A stretch of DNA of 46,111 bases from Phycisphaeraceae bacterium (GCA_009827215.1 WUAJ01000001.1:1-46111), one strand, 5' to 3'; shown: positions 33,848-43,443, counted from the first letter of the stretch. The notes: generated by a model not told the origin, from the sequence alone. Program-made: numbers and translations.

Positions 33848-35185
33848 TCAGAAGAGGAGCGAGAACTGGCCACGGATTGTGAGTTCGCTCTCGATACCTG
33901 TAGCCGAACCCATACCGCCGATGTAACCGGTGGTAGCGGTGTCGTAGAAGCTACGGGTGTCAAGACCGGTGGAGTCGTCGAGACCGAAGCCGACATCCAT
34001 CGAGAAGCGTGCAGCGTAGGACTCTGGGACGAGGTAGTAGTTGAAACCAACGGTGATGGTCGAGTAGTGATCGTCGTCGGTTGCTGCGAGTGGAGTGATC
34101 GCTGCTGGGTCATCTTCGAGGATGATGATGTCGTAGCGACCGAAGAGCTCGAACTGCTCAGTCATGAACACATTACCCTGAAGGACGAAGCCTTCGTCGG
34201 TCTGGTCGACGCTACCACCAGCGAGGAGGTCGTTGTCAACATTGGTGCTCATGTAAGCAGCGAAGAGGCCCCATCCGTCGGACTCGTACTGAGCGTCGAC
34301 AGTCCATGCAGTGACAGTTTGGGTGTCGATTGCACCGAGGAGTGGGTTGGTGTCACCAGCTTGTGACCAGTGGAGACCAGCACCGACGCGGAAGCCGTCG
34401 TTCGAGCCCTGCCAGGAAGCAAAGTCAGCGAACTGATCCCAGTTACCCGAGACGAGCCAATCAATACGACCAGTCAGGGAGAAGTCTGACTCAAAGTTGA
34501 CAGCGGTACCGAGTGGAGCTGCGGTGTAGAAAGTGTTCTGTGCCACAGGTCCGTCGGAGAGCACGAAGGTGAACTTCCACTCGTCATCGGTGTAGTTGAA
34601 ACCGATACCTTGGGTGTACTGAACATCGAAGAACGAGTTGGTCAGTGAACGCTCAACGCCTTGTGAGTGCTCAGGAGCAACATTTGACTCGAAGTGCAGT
34701 GGGTTCTTCATTTGACCGAAGAGGAAGGTCCAGTTGTCATCGAGACCCCAGGTTGCGTATGCGTCACGGAGGGTTGCATCGCCATCACCAAATGTCGGAG
34801 TACCTGGACCAATACCAGCGCGGTTGCCGGTGCGGCCGTGGTCCCAAGCACCACCGAAGTCAAACGAAATGTGACCGGTGATGTCGGTACCTTCAACGCC
34901 ACCGCTCAAGCGGACTTGAGTGCGTGGAGCGGAGAAGCCAACAGTGGTGTCGGAATCGCCGAGGGCAGTACCTGGAGCGATTTCGTCGCGGCTGTTGTAG
35001 GTGTAACGGAACTGGGTGAACACTTCAACATCGAGGCTACCAGCGTTCGAACCGAGGAGGCTCGAGCGGGTGTTCGCATCTGCACGCAGTTCTGCTGCGT
35101 AAGCGCGATCGATGTCAAGTCCGGACTGAGCAAGCGCCGAGCCGCTCATGGTGACCAATGCGAGGGTCGTAATAGTCTTCTTCAT
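33848..35185 (-). CDS. Outer-membrane porin, OprO/OprP-like, paralog 2 (probable major porin)
   Basis: Signal peptide MKKTITTLALVTMSGSALA. LRDAYATWGL...FGQMKNPLHFE motif. C-terminal ...SLLF. AAGGAG 7 nt upstream. Strongly biased GGT/ACC/GCT/CGT codon use. Confidence 0.85.
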   Translation of the reverse strand: MKKTITTLALVTMSGSALAQSGLDIDRAYAAELRADANTRSSLLGSNAGSLDVEVFTQFRYTYNSRDEIAPGTALGDSDTTVGFSAPRTQVRLSGGVEGTDITGHISFDFGGAWDHGRTGNRAGIGPGTPTFGDGDATLRDAYATWGLDDNWTFLFGQMKNPLHFESNVAPEHSQGVERSLTNSFFDVQYTQGIGFNYTDDEWKFTFVLSDGPVAQNTFYTAAPLGTAVNFESDFSLTGRIDWLVSGNWDQFADFASWQGSNDGFRVGAGLHWSQAGDTNPLLGAIDTQTVTAWTVDAQYESDGWGLFAAYMSTNVDNDLLAGGSVDQTDEGFVLQGNVFMTEQFELFGRYDIIILEDDPAAITPLAATDDDHYSTITVGFNYYLVPESYAARFSMDVGFGLDDSTGLDTRSFYDTATTGYIGGMGSATGIESELTIRGQFSLLF

Positions 35186-35578
35186 TTCAGTGCTCCTTCT
35201 CGTTGGGCAGTGATTTGGAAATGTCTATTTGTCGGGCGAGCTGTATTCCGCACAACTCGTCTCTGGCCGATGATAGGCAGTGCTAACCATCGTGAGTCAC
35301 ATTATTCGACCTTTTGTTGGCACTAACTATCAAATTTGATCCCCTCAGGGTGAAAAATATCGGCTACACCTGCTCATGGCTCAAAAAACGCCAATTCGGC
35401 GCAAATCATGCATCGAAGATTTTGCGACTACCCACACGACACTCCGAATATAATGCGAACAAATATGCCGTAACCCACACTGGCGCAGAATGTTTGGATT
35501 CCGTGAACTCTGGTTTTGAGCTTCTCGGCTCCAAAACGCGACCTCTACGATTGGAACAACATTGATCCGGAGCGAAAA

Positions 35579-36307
35579 ATGAGTTCACACAAAGCGGGCG
35601 CTGTATCCATGATCGAATCACTTCATGTACTGGTGGTTGACGATGAGCAAGATCTCCGTGATCTGATCGAGTACAACCTCAAACAGACCGGGCACTCAGT
35701 GATCACTGCAGAAGACGGTGTCAAAGCGGTTGAGCTCGCAGAATCCAAAGTCCCTGACATCATTGTTCTGGACATCATGATGCCGAGACTCAACGGCATC
35801 GAAGTCGCGAAACGACTGCGCTCCAATCCACAGACAAGCAAAATCCCGATCCTGATGCTCACGGCGAAAGCCGATGAAGCGCACGAGCTTGAAGGATTGG
35901 ATGCAGGCGCGGATGACTATGTTTCCAAGCCGTTCTCGATGCAGATTCTGCTGGCGCGCATTCAAACGCTCGCTCGGCGCACAGCAACGAGTTCCGATCC
36001 CGACTCAGAACTCACGCTCGGACCTTTGCACATCAACCTCGGCGAGCATCATGTCACAGTCGACGGCAACCCGATCCAGCTCACGATCACTGAGTTCCGT
36101 CTGCTCTCAACACTCGTGCGATCGAAAGGCAAAGTCCTCTCGCGTGCGGAACTGATCAGTCAAGCGATTGGGCCGGCGGTGACTGTCACCCCTCGCACCG
36201 TTGATGTTCACATCACCTCGCTTCGTAAGAAGCTTGGGGATCACTCGAACCTGATCTCCACAGTGCGAGCGGTCGGATATCGCGCCGATGAGCCTGCAGA
36301 CGGCTGA
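35579..36307 (+). CDS. OmpR/PhoB-family response regulator (PhoB-like by context)
   Basis: Receiver domain (VLVVDDEQD...VLDIMMPRLNG...TAKADE...GADDYVSKPF) plus winged helix (VRAVGYRA). Start set at the ATG at 35579 with GGAG 7 nt upstream. Confidence 0.9.
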   Translation: MSSHKAGAVSMIESLHVLVVDDEQDLRDLIEYNLKQTGHSVITAEDGVKAVELAESKVPDIIVLDIMMPRLNGIEVAKRLRSNPQTSKIPILMLTAKADEAHELEGLDAGADDYVSKPFSMQILLARIQTLARRTATSSDPDSELTLGPLHINLGEHHVTVDGNPIQLTITEFRLLSTLVRSKGKVLSRAELISQAIGPAVTVTPRTVDVHITSLRKKLGDHSNLISTVRAVGYRADEPADG

Positions 36308-36386
36308 AAGTACGAAACATCCGAGCAACATGCTTGTATGGATCGATATCGTCCATAGAAGACTACCTATATAGTGTTCCACTGTT

Positions 36387-37739
36387 ATGGGCACCCTCCC
36401 CACAAATCCTGAATCCAGCCAACACTCGATGTCCGAGTTTGATATCCCATACAGCAGGATTCGATTGTGGACGCTCCCCGCTTCGATTCTTGCTGGCGCG
36501 ATCATTGTCAGTATCTTTGAGCCGATGATGTTGTTGATCGCGATGGTCGCACTGATCTGGCTCACGATGATCCATCGGACCTACGCGCGTTCGCTCGATG
36601 AGCATCGACGACGCAACACACAAGCTCGAGCGTCAGTTGATCTTGCGAAGCAATCCATGAGCCGTCTCCGCTCGATTCTCGATTCTGCGGATGTCCCAGT
36701 AATCGCAACGGACAACAACGGCACGATTGTCCAGGTCAACAAAGCAGCAAGATCGATCCTCGGATCAGGACGACAACTGCAAGGGGAACTCTTCGACACA
36801 CTGATCACTCAGCACGCAGTGTGCGAACTCGAACTGCTTGCGCGACAAGGCGAAGCGGGTCATGCTCGGCTTGAACTCCCTGTAGGGATGGATATACGGA
36901 TCTTCGATGTTGCCGCTGATCCGATCCAGAGCACTGGGGGCGCCGTGTGTACCTTCACTGATATCACTGAGCTCACACGCTCGGTCACACTCAAAGCAGA
37001 TTTCGCGGCGAATGCCAGTCATGAACTGCGCACACCGATCGCATCGATTCTCGGAGCCGTCGATACGCTCGATGGTCCTGCACAGAATGATCCGGAGATG
37101 ACACGCAAGCTCGTCGGGATGATCTCAGAGAACGCGACACGGCTTGACTTGATGGTCAAGGACCTGCTCGATCTGTCCAAACTGGAAACCCCCTCTGTAG
37201 CACTCGTGGTATCAGAGGTTCATCTGCGCGACTTGATCACCACAATCTCCTCGCCGTTCCAACCAATCTGTGAACGCCGGGATCTTGAAATTGTGACCAA
37301 GATCGATGAAGAAGCGCTATCTATCTATACAGACGAATCGCTGATCGGATTGATCCTGCGGAATCTCATCGAGAACGCGACCAAGTTTGCGAACGAAGGG
37401 ACCAAGATCACGATCCGAGCGGAAGCCGTGAAAATATCGGTGGATCCAACGAATCCGGCTCCAAGCGATCTCAAACACGAGTTGGGTGTGCGTATCAGTG
37501 TCAAAGATCAGGGAATCGGGATCCCGCTGGCGCATCAGAATCGCATCTTCGAGCGGTTTTACCAGGTTGATGAAGCACGCACAGGGTCCTCGGCTCGCAG
37601 AGGAACAGGCCTGGGACTCGCGATCGTCAAGCACTCGGCGCGGATCCTCGGCGGCACGATCCGAGTCAGCAGCATCCCTCAGCAAGGGACCACAATGATC
37701 GTGGAACTGCCTCGATGTGTTGATATTGACTCAGAATAA
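36387..37739 (+). CDS. PAS-domain sensor histidine kinase (PhoR-like by context and H-box)
   Basis: Two N-terminal TMs, a PAS-like region, H-box FAANASHELRTPIASILG, and N/G boxes (NLIENATKFA, GTGLGLAIVKH). Confidence 0.88.
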   Translation: MGTLPTNPESSQHSMSEFDIPYSRIRLWTLPASILAGAIIVSIFEPMMLLIAMVALIWLTMIHRTYARSLDEHRRRNTQARASVDLAKQSMSRLRSILDSADVPVIATDNNGTIVQVNKAARSILGSGRQLQGELFDTLITQHAVCELELLARQGEAGHARLELPVGMDIRIFDVAADPIQSTGGAVCTFTDITELTRSVTLKADFAANASHELRTPIASILGAVDTLDGPAQNDPEMTRKLVGMISENATRLDLMVKDLLDLSKLETPSVALVVSEVHLRDLITTISSPFQPICERRDLEIVTKIDEEALSIYTDESLIGLILRNLIENATKFANEGTKITIRAEAVKISVDPTNPAPSDLKHELGVRISVKDQGIGIPLAHQNRIFERFYQVDEARTGSSARRGTGLGLAIVKHSARILGGTIRVSSIPQQGTTMIVELPRCVDIDSE

Positions 37740-37893
37740 CCGTTTTTGGACGCTGAATATATCATCCGCTCAACCATCGACCACGCGAGCTTCCCATACA
37801 GACCAATGGCGACGCTTATGATTGAGGAGCCGAGCAGGTATAAATGCGACTCTCAGAACTCAGTCGCTCGGCGAAAGGCCCGATACCAAGGGC

Positions 37894-40380
37894 ATGGGTT
37901 CGGTAGCAGACCCAACGACCAATATGGCCAAAGACTCTACAAAATCTCAATCCAAGTCCTCGAGCCGATCCCAAGCTCGCACAGGGTCGATCCAGCGAAG
38001 ATCCACTGTGCGCGTTGGGAACAAGCCGATCCGCCAACGGCTCGCGGACCTGGTCTCCTCTCCCAACTTGTTCTGGGGGACGATCGCGATCATTGTGTTC
38101 ACGCTTGTCGTGGGTTCGATCACCAACTGGACACGAGGACAACTCCTCGTCTCCGTCGGCCAGGTCATGCAGCATACACGGACCTCGCGTGTTGAGTTCA
38201 ATACGGAGGATGTCCAGCAGACACAGATGCAGAAGCAGGCCGCTCGGCTCAATGTGCCTCGCATACACAACGCGGACTTGCCCGTACTCGAAGAGATCCG
38301 CGCTTCGCTCGCGAATCTTCCTCGCACACTCGGAGGCGTTGCAAGCCTTGACGAGGTTGACCGCGACATCCGCGTCCGCTTTGGACTGACTGAAGAATCC
38401 TTCAACACGCTCCGTGAGACCGCTTCACAGGAGGCGAGTCTGCAGCTGTGGATCGATCATGTGAACTCGCTCGATGAAATCCTCCGCCGGCGCCCGCTTC
38501 TGGATCGTCAGACTTGGCAGCGTGCCACACAAGAGGGACTCAACACACAAATCGAGCTGCGCTTTGGTCCTGCAGAAGAAGGTATCCAACCCCCAGCGCG
38601 GATCAGCCGTGTGGATGTAATCAACATCGACAACACCGAACAGTTCAAGACCGAGATCGATCGGATGGTCCGCATCGCGGGGTTCGTCGATCCGGTACAC
38701 ACTGTGGTTGTCAATCGACTCGGACACGAGACACGACCAACCTTTGCGTTCGATCAGTCCGCGACCTCAGCGACGCAGGAAGCCGCGGCGGGTCGTGTAC
38801 AGCCCGTCCGTCGTTCGATCACTGTCGGACAACGCATTTTCGCACGAGGCGATGTACTCGAACAAGCCGCGTATGAACTCGCCAAGACAGAAATCGAGCA
38901 GTTTGCCAAACAAGGATCCACACCTCGACGCGTGCTCAAGTTCCTCTCGATCTATGGGATGGTCGGGATGCTTGGGATTATCCTTGCGGGATACATCTCG
39001 ATGTACTGCCCGCGCATCGCGACAAGGCCTGCACGGACTGGATGGCTCACAAGCATCGTCTGCGCCTGTGTGTTCTTTGCGTGCGTGCTCAGTGTCTTTG
39101 ACCCCAGACTTATGTGGCTCGCGTCCATCACCCCTGTGGTGCTCGTCGCGATCCTGATCTGCATCGCGTACGACCAACGCACAGCCCTCGCGGTCTGCGG
39201 CATCTGCGCCATTCTTGTCGGACTCGCGCTCAAAATGCATACCGGAATGTTTGTGCTCATGCTGATCGGATCCGCAGGCGCAATCGCGCAACTCAGCGAG
39301 ATCCGTGATCGACGCACGATCATCCGCATGTCGATTGTCATCGCGGCGATCCTCGCTGTGGTCGCTTTGTTCGATCAGTTCATTGTGCTCCCGACTGTTG
39401 GTGTTGGTGGTTCGCAAATACTCCAGCCCCTCGCTGGAGCCGCGGCTCAAGCGGGGATCTCAGGACTGCTCGCAGGCGGGATCGCTCTATTCATTCTGCC
39501 ATTCATCGAGCGTGCGTTTGATATCTCTACTGGGATGACGCTCATCGAGCTGCGTGATCCGAAACAGCCGTTGCTCAGAGAGCTTCAGCAGCGTGCGCCA
39601 GGGACATACAACCACTCGCTTAATGTCGCTTCGATCGCGGAGAGCGCCGCGGAGTCCATCGGCGCCGATGCGCTGCTGACCTATGTGGGATGTTTGTACC
39701 ACGACATCGGGAAGATGAATAAGCCGGGGTACTTCATCGAGAATCAATCTGGTGGTCCCAACAAGCACGACAAGCTCAATCCCGCGATGTCGCTGCTCGT
39801 CATCGTCGGACATGTCAAAGACGGCGTCGAGATGGCACGCGAGAACGGTCTCCCCAAATCTCTCCACCACTTTATCGATGCGCACCACGGCACGACGCTC
39901 GTCGAGTACTTCTACCGGCGTGCGAAGGAACAAGCGGCGCAGTCCGACGAAGACCGCACTGTTGAACAGATCATGAGCGATAACGCGGAGGATCAACTCC
40001 CTGAGGAAGTGGATTACCGCTATCCGGGACCGAGACCCCAAACGAAAGAAGTCGCGATCGTGATGCTCGCTGACGCCGTCGAGAGCGCGACTCGCACACT
40101 CACTGAGCCGACTTCATCGCGCATCGATGCGCTTGTGCGGAACCTTGCGAACAAACGATTGATGGATGGGCAGTTCGATGAGTGCAATCTGACATTCAGC
40201 GAGCTCAAAACAATCTGCGATTCGATTTCCAAGACCGTCGCGAGCATCTATCACGGGCGTATCCGCTACTCGTCTGACGCGGAGGAGAGCAAGGCGTCGA
40301 GCAAGAAGAAAGATGCTGAGAACTCATCCAATCAACAGGACGACGAGCAGAGTGATAAGCAATCGGACAAGTCCGCGTGA
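37894..40380 (+). CDS. 7TM receptor with intracellular HD/HDIG hydrolase domain (PgpH/YqfF-like)
   Basis: Large extracytoplasmic N-domain, 7 TMs, then HSLNVA...YHDIGKM...GHVKDG...DAHHGTTL, typical of PgpH-type HD phosphohydrolases. Start uncertain: TTG 37822, ATG 37894 or ATG 37924. Confidence 0.85.
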   Translation: MGSVADPTTNMAKDSTKSQSKSSSRSQARTGSIQRRSTVRVGNKPIRQRLADLVSSPNLFWGTIAIIVFTLVVGSITNWTRGQLLVSVGQVMQHTRTSRVEFNTEDVQQTQMQKQAARLNVPRIHNADLPVLEEIRASLANLPRTLGGVASLDEVDRDIRVRFGLTEESFNTLRETASQEASLQLWIDHVNSLDEILRRRPLLDRQTWQRATQEGLNTQIELRFGPAEEGIQPPARISRVDVINIDNTEQFKTEIDRMVRIAGFVDPVHTVVVNRLGHETRPTFAFDQSATSATQEAAAGRVQPVRRSITVGQRIFARGDVLEQAAYELAKTEIEQFAKQGSTPRRVLKFLSIYGMVGMLGIILAGYISMYCPRIATRPARTGWLTSIVCACVFFACVLSVFDPRLMWLASITPVVLVAILICIAYDQRTALAVCGICAILVGLALKMHTGMFVLMLIGSAGAIAQLSEIRDRRTIIRMSIVIAAILAVVALFDQFIVLPTVGVGGSQILQPLAGAAAQAGISGLLAGGIALFILPFIERAFDISTGMTLIELRDPKQPLLRELQQRAPGTYNHSLNVASIAESAAESIGADALLTYVGCLYHDIGKMNKPGYFIENQSGGPNKHDKLNPAMSLLVIVGHVKDGVEMARENGLPKSLHHFIDAHHGTTLVEYFYRRAKEQAAQSDEDRTVEQIMSDNAEDQLPEEVDYRYPGPRPQTKEVAIVMLADAVESATRTLTEPTSSRIDALVRNLANKRLMDGQFDECNLTFSELKTICDSISKTVASIYHGRIRYSSDAEESKASSKKKDAENSSNQQDDEQSDKQSDKSA

Positions 40381-40383
40381 GTC

Positions 40384-40545
40384 TTAGCGTTTCTTGGAAC
40401 GCGCCTTTGCTTGATTCTTCGGATTCCCCTTCATCTTTCCTGTTTTCTTCTTGGTGTTCATCTCGAGGAACATCGCGATCGCGCTGATGATCACAAAGAG
40501 CACCACCAGCACAAGCACAATCAGAAGAATCAGATTCAGAGACAT
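40384..40545 (-). CDS. Unannotated 53-aa single-pass membrane protein with Lys-rich tail
   Basis: Hand translation: MSLNLILLIVLVLVVLFVIISAIAMFLEMNTKKKTGKMKGNPKNQAKARSKKR*. AAAGGA lies upstream. It is below the 60-aa cutoff of the ORF track and lies 57 bp downstream of the DinB gene on the same strand. Confidence 0.45.
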   Translation of the reverse strand: MSLNLILLIVLVLVVLFVIISAIAMFLEMNTKKKTGKMKGNPKNQAKARSKKR

Positions 40546-40602
40546 TCGTAGATTCCTTTCGACGACCAGTATACCAGAATCTGGATGCGTCGCGAAAGGG
40601 GA

Positions 40603-41181
40603 TTAATGAGCAGAATCGCCGCCCATCAGCTTCTCGTTGAACGCCTTGGTCCCTCCCGGCGGGAGCGTGAACCACTCCCAGCGATCCGTCCCGACGAGCT
40701 GACGCGCGATGATGTTGATCTGTCCGATATGGAAGCTGTAATGATCCAGCTGACGAGCGACCGCCGCGTGAACTGGGTGAGGCACGCTGCGAATGTTCAC
40801 AGTCTTTGACAGATCATCAGTCGTCAGTGATCCGAGCGTCTCAAAGAGCACGCCCCACCCCTGCTCCCAGCGCTGCATGATCAGCGCTCGCTGCTCCGAA
40901 GTGTGCTCGCTCGGCGCCTCAAACTCGCGGTCGCGATCGCGCGATGCTTTCTCGCCGTCAGAAGTCAGAAAGTCCGTCCATCGGCTGAGCATATTCCCGG
41001 CGAGGTGATTCGCGATGATCGCACACGAGTTGAGTCCCGGCGCGAGGATCGCAAAGAACTGGTCGTCAGCGAGTTGATTGAACGCGTGCTCCCCAAAAGC
41101 TTTCTGACGCTCGAAGACCTGAATCCAGACCTGGATCATGTCGTCGGGGAGTGGGTTGGCAAACCGTGTATCCATTTGCAA
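40603..41181 (-). CDS. DinB superfamily protein (DUF1572-like)
   Basis: 192 aa. The pattern NSCAIIANHLAGNMLSRWTDFLTSDGEK..RDRDREF...H...H resembles DUF1572/DinB four-helix-bundle proteins. Confidence 0.7.
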   Translation of the reverse strand: MQMDTRFANPLPDDMIQVWIQVFERQKAFGEHAFNQLADDQFFAILAPGLNSCAIIANHLAGNMLSRWTDFLTSDGEKASRDRDREFEAPSEHTSEQRALIMQRWEQGWGVLFETLGSLTTDDLSKTVNIRSVPHPVHAAVARQLDHYSFHIGQINIIARQLVGTDRWEWFTLPPGGTKAFNEKLMGGDSAH

Positions 41182-41200
41182 TTATCCATTTGCTCTAAAT

Positions 41201-41707
41201 TTAGAGGACTCCCATTACAAGAGTGATCGCGATGTAGAGATTCCCAATAATGCTAAGGAAAGTGATTGCAAATATACCAATAGCTGGCTTCAGAACTTGG
41301 CCAGCATTGAAGCGCTCACCCTTCCGAGAACGAGACCATAGCCGTACTGTCCAGTACAGCATTACAAACCAACACAGATGTCCGCCAAAGAACAGTACTC
41401 CAGACCACAATGTCTCTGGATATGTACCAATGAGTATTCTAAGAACGAGTGAAATGATGTTTGATATCACATACATCACGCAGTACAGCATGAGAAACAG
41501 GAGCGCCGTTCGGATAACTCGTTGTGAGTCTACCGATTTGGATTTGTCGTAGATATCAAATGCAAGCTCGCATCCACACTCTGGACATATGTTTCCAGTC
41601 CCATCACGCAGGTTGTAACCACATGAAGGACAATTAGTATCGCGAGCACGAAAATAAAGACTCGCAAATTCATAGTCTAAAGCAATAGATTTATCGTCGT
41701 TGCTCAT
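41201..41707 (-). CDS. Zinc-ribbon membrane protein (CxxC-x13-CxxC plus about 4 TM), hypothetical
   Basis: NCPSCGYNLRDGTGNICPECG followed by hydrophobic helices. Visibly AT-richer than its neighbours. The ATG at 41707 overlaps the dus stop (ATGA). Confidence 0.65.
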   Translation of the reverse strand: MSNDDKSIALDYEFASLYFRARDTNCPSCGYNLRDGTGNICPECGCELAFDIYDKSKSVDSQRVIRTALLFLMLYCVMYVISNIISLVLRILIGTYPETLWSGVLFFGGHLCWFVMLYWTVRLWSRSRKGERFNAGQVLKPAIGIFAITFLSIIGNLYIAITLVMGVL

Positions 41708-42966
41708 GTGTACCACCGCTCCAGCGCCTGTCTCCAATCATCCAAGCACTTCGCGTGGATGAACGACTGCTTCACTTCCGCGGCGTTTGGATGATGAGCC
41801 GCGAAGCGGATGCCGAACTTGCGCATGTTGCGTGCAGTCAGATACTCAGGATCGCGTGTGTTCGCGTTCACAGCAAGCAAGAGCTCAAAGTGCTCCTGCA
41901 GCACGTCGCGTTGTTCCTGGATCGTTGGGGCTTTGGGTTCTTTGCCGTCGAGGATCGATCGTGCTTGACGGAAGATCCATGGATTCCCGATGCATCCTCG
42001 TGCGACGGAGACGCCTGTGAGTCCGGTGTATCCGATCATGCGGAAGATCTGGTTGACATCCCAGACATCTCCGGAGCCGAAGATGATGCGATCGGGATTG
42101 CGATCGACGAGTGCTTTGAGTGGGTCCCATCGTGAAGGCCCGACATACTTTTGCTCGACGGTCCGCCCGTGGACAGTCACCCACGCGCACCCAAGGTCGT
42201 ACGCGGCGTCGAAGAGGTACAAAAAATTCTGCTTCATCTCTTCCGTGTCGTCGTAGCTTCTGCGGAGCTTGACCGTCAGCGGGATCGATTCAGGCAGCAC
42301 CTCGCGCACGGCTTTGAGGATCGCGATCGCGCCCTCTGGTTCGCGGAGCCAGTGTCCCCCTCTGGATTTCTTCGCGATCTTCTTCACTGGACATGCGAGG
42401 TTCACATCGATCCCGGCGAACGAATCCGTGCCGTCGGTGCGGAGCTCGGTTGCCTCGTCACCGACTTCTTTACCCACCAGTGATCGGTATTCCTTGTTGG
42501 AGCGTTGTCCCTGCTCGATCATCTTGATCGCGGCCGCCGCCATCTCGGAGGGTTCAGATCCCATGATCTGTCCGACCAGCGGCGCGTCCTCTTCACCCCC
42601 CGGCACATTGTCGTGGATGTCTCCCAGATCTGCTTTGGCAAATCCCTTGCCTCCCGCGAGGAGTGTGCGATCGAGCAGCGCTTCGGTCACGCAGAGCGGA
42701 CAGCCGTGACGACGCGCGATGATCCGCATCGCGGCGTCGGAGTATCCCGCGAGTCCCGCTTGGTAGAACGGCGCGTCGAATCCCGGGATCAGCGCTCGCA
42801 CGCGTGGATCCATGCCTCCAGGGCCGTGCCGAGCGACGAGATCGCGAGCGACATCGCTTGGATCGATCTCCTGCGCCCCCTCAGCGATCGCAAACGAGGG
42901 CGCCGTCGCGTTTTTACTCGCTTGCTCGCAAGAGTTCTGGTCGGATTGGTTGCTTTGCACGCTCAT
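41704..42966 (-). CDS. tRNA-dihydrouridine synthase (Dus family)
   Basis: GYSDAAMRIIARRHGCPLCVTE, DVNLACPVKKI, HGRT and FGSGDV motifs of the Dus TIM-barrel flavoenzymes. Start taken at the ATG at 42966 (alternative 42999). Confidence 0.88.
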   Translation of the reverse strand: MSVQSNQSDQNSCEQASKNATAPSFAIAEGAQEIDPSDVARDLVARHGPGGMDPRVRALIPGFDAPFYQAGLAGYSDAAMRIIARRHGCPLCVTEALLDRTLLAGGKGFAKADLGDIHDNVPGGEEDAPLVGQIMGSEPSEMAAAAIKMIEQGQRSNKEYRSLVGKEVGDEATELRTDGTDSFAGIDVNLACPVKKIAKKSRGGHWLREPEGAIAILKAVREVLPESIPLTVKLRRSYDDTEEMKQNFLYLFDAAYDLGCAWVTVHGRTVEQKYVGPSRWDPLKALVDRNPDRIIFGSGDVWDVNQIFRMIGYTGLTGVSVARGCIGNPWIFRQARSILDGKEPKAPTIQEQRDVLQEHFELLLAVNANTRDPEYLTARNMRKFGIRFAAHHPNAAEVKQSFIHAKCLDDWRQALERWYT

Positions 42967-42984
42967 CAGGGGGAGGATAGGAGC

Positions 42985-43443
42985 GTGAAACGCAATCAAC
43001 GAATCGGAATGCTCTGCTCGTCCACACTCGCGGCTCTGACGCTCGCGATCTCTATGAGCGGCTGCAAGCTGTTCTCAGAGAAAACCCAAGCGGATCCGGG
43101 ACCTCGCTACCCCGATTCGATGACCAAAGGCGAGGTCGTCGATATCCAGGTCTTCCGCGATTCGACCACCCTCCGATTCACCAACTCCACGACCGACGAC
43201 TTTGGGCCTTCCATCGTCTGGCTCAATCAACGCTACTCGCAACCACTCGCAGGACTCGCGTCGGGAGAGACGATCGAGATGGATCTCAAGCTCTTCGTCG
43301 ACGAGTTTGGAGAGACCTTCCGAGCCGGCGGGTTCTACGCGCAGCGAGTCCCCGCTCCGGTTGTGCTGTGTCAGCTCGAAACAGAGCTCGATGGACAGCA
43401 GCAGCTCATCGGATTCGTGGTCGTCGAGAACAACATGGATTAA
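42985..43443 (+). CDS. Hypothetical lipoprotein
   Basis: GTG at 42985 preceded by GGAGGATAGGAG. Signal peptide and lipobox LAISMSGC. The upstream part of ORF 42505..43443 is antisense to dus and was rejected. Confidence 0.6.
   Translation: MKRNQRIGMLCSSTLAALTLAISMSGCKLFSEKTQADPGPRYPDSMTKGEVVDIQVFRDSTTLRFTNSTTDDFGPSIVWLNQRYSQPLAGLASGETIEMDLKLFVDEFGETFRAGGFYAQRVPAPVVLCQLETELDGQQQLIGFVVVENNMD

Noticed and set aside
35389-35401. Hairpin CGCC-AATTC-GGCG followed by T6 on the minus strand, a possible small-RNA terminator in the porin2/regulator intergenic region
   Set aside because: The stem is only 4 bp, there is no supporting promoter, and it is probably coincidental.
40205-40675. 156-aa minus-strand ORF bridging the PgpH and DinB genes
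   Set aside because: It overlaps the 3' end of the PgpH-like gene and the 3' end of the DinB gene in other frames. The 53-aa ORF in the gap is a better explanation.
42505-42984. Upstream 160 codons of ORF 42505..43443
   Set aside because: It is antisense to dus. The real product is a lipoprotein starting at the GTG at 42985, after a strong GGAGG site.
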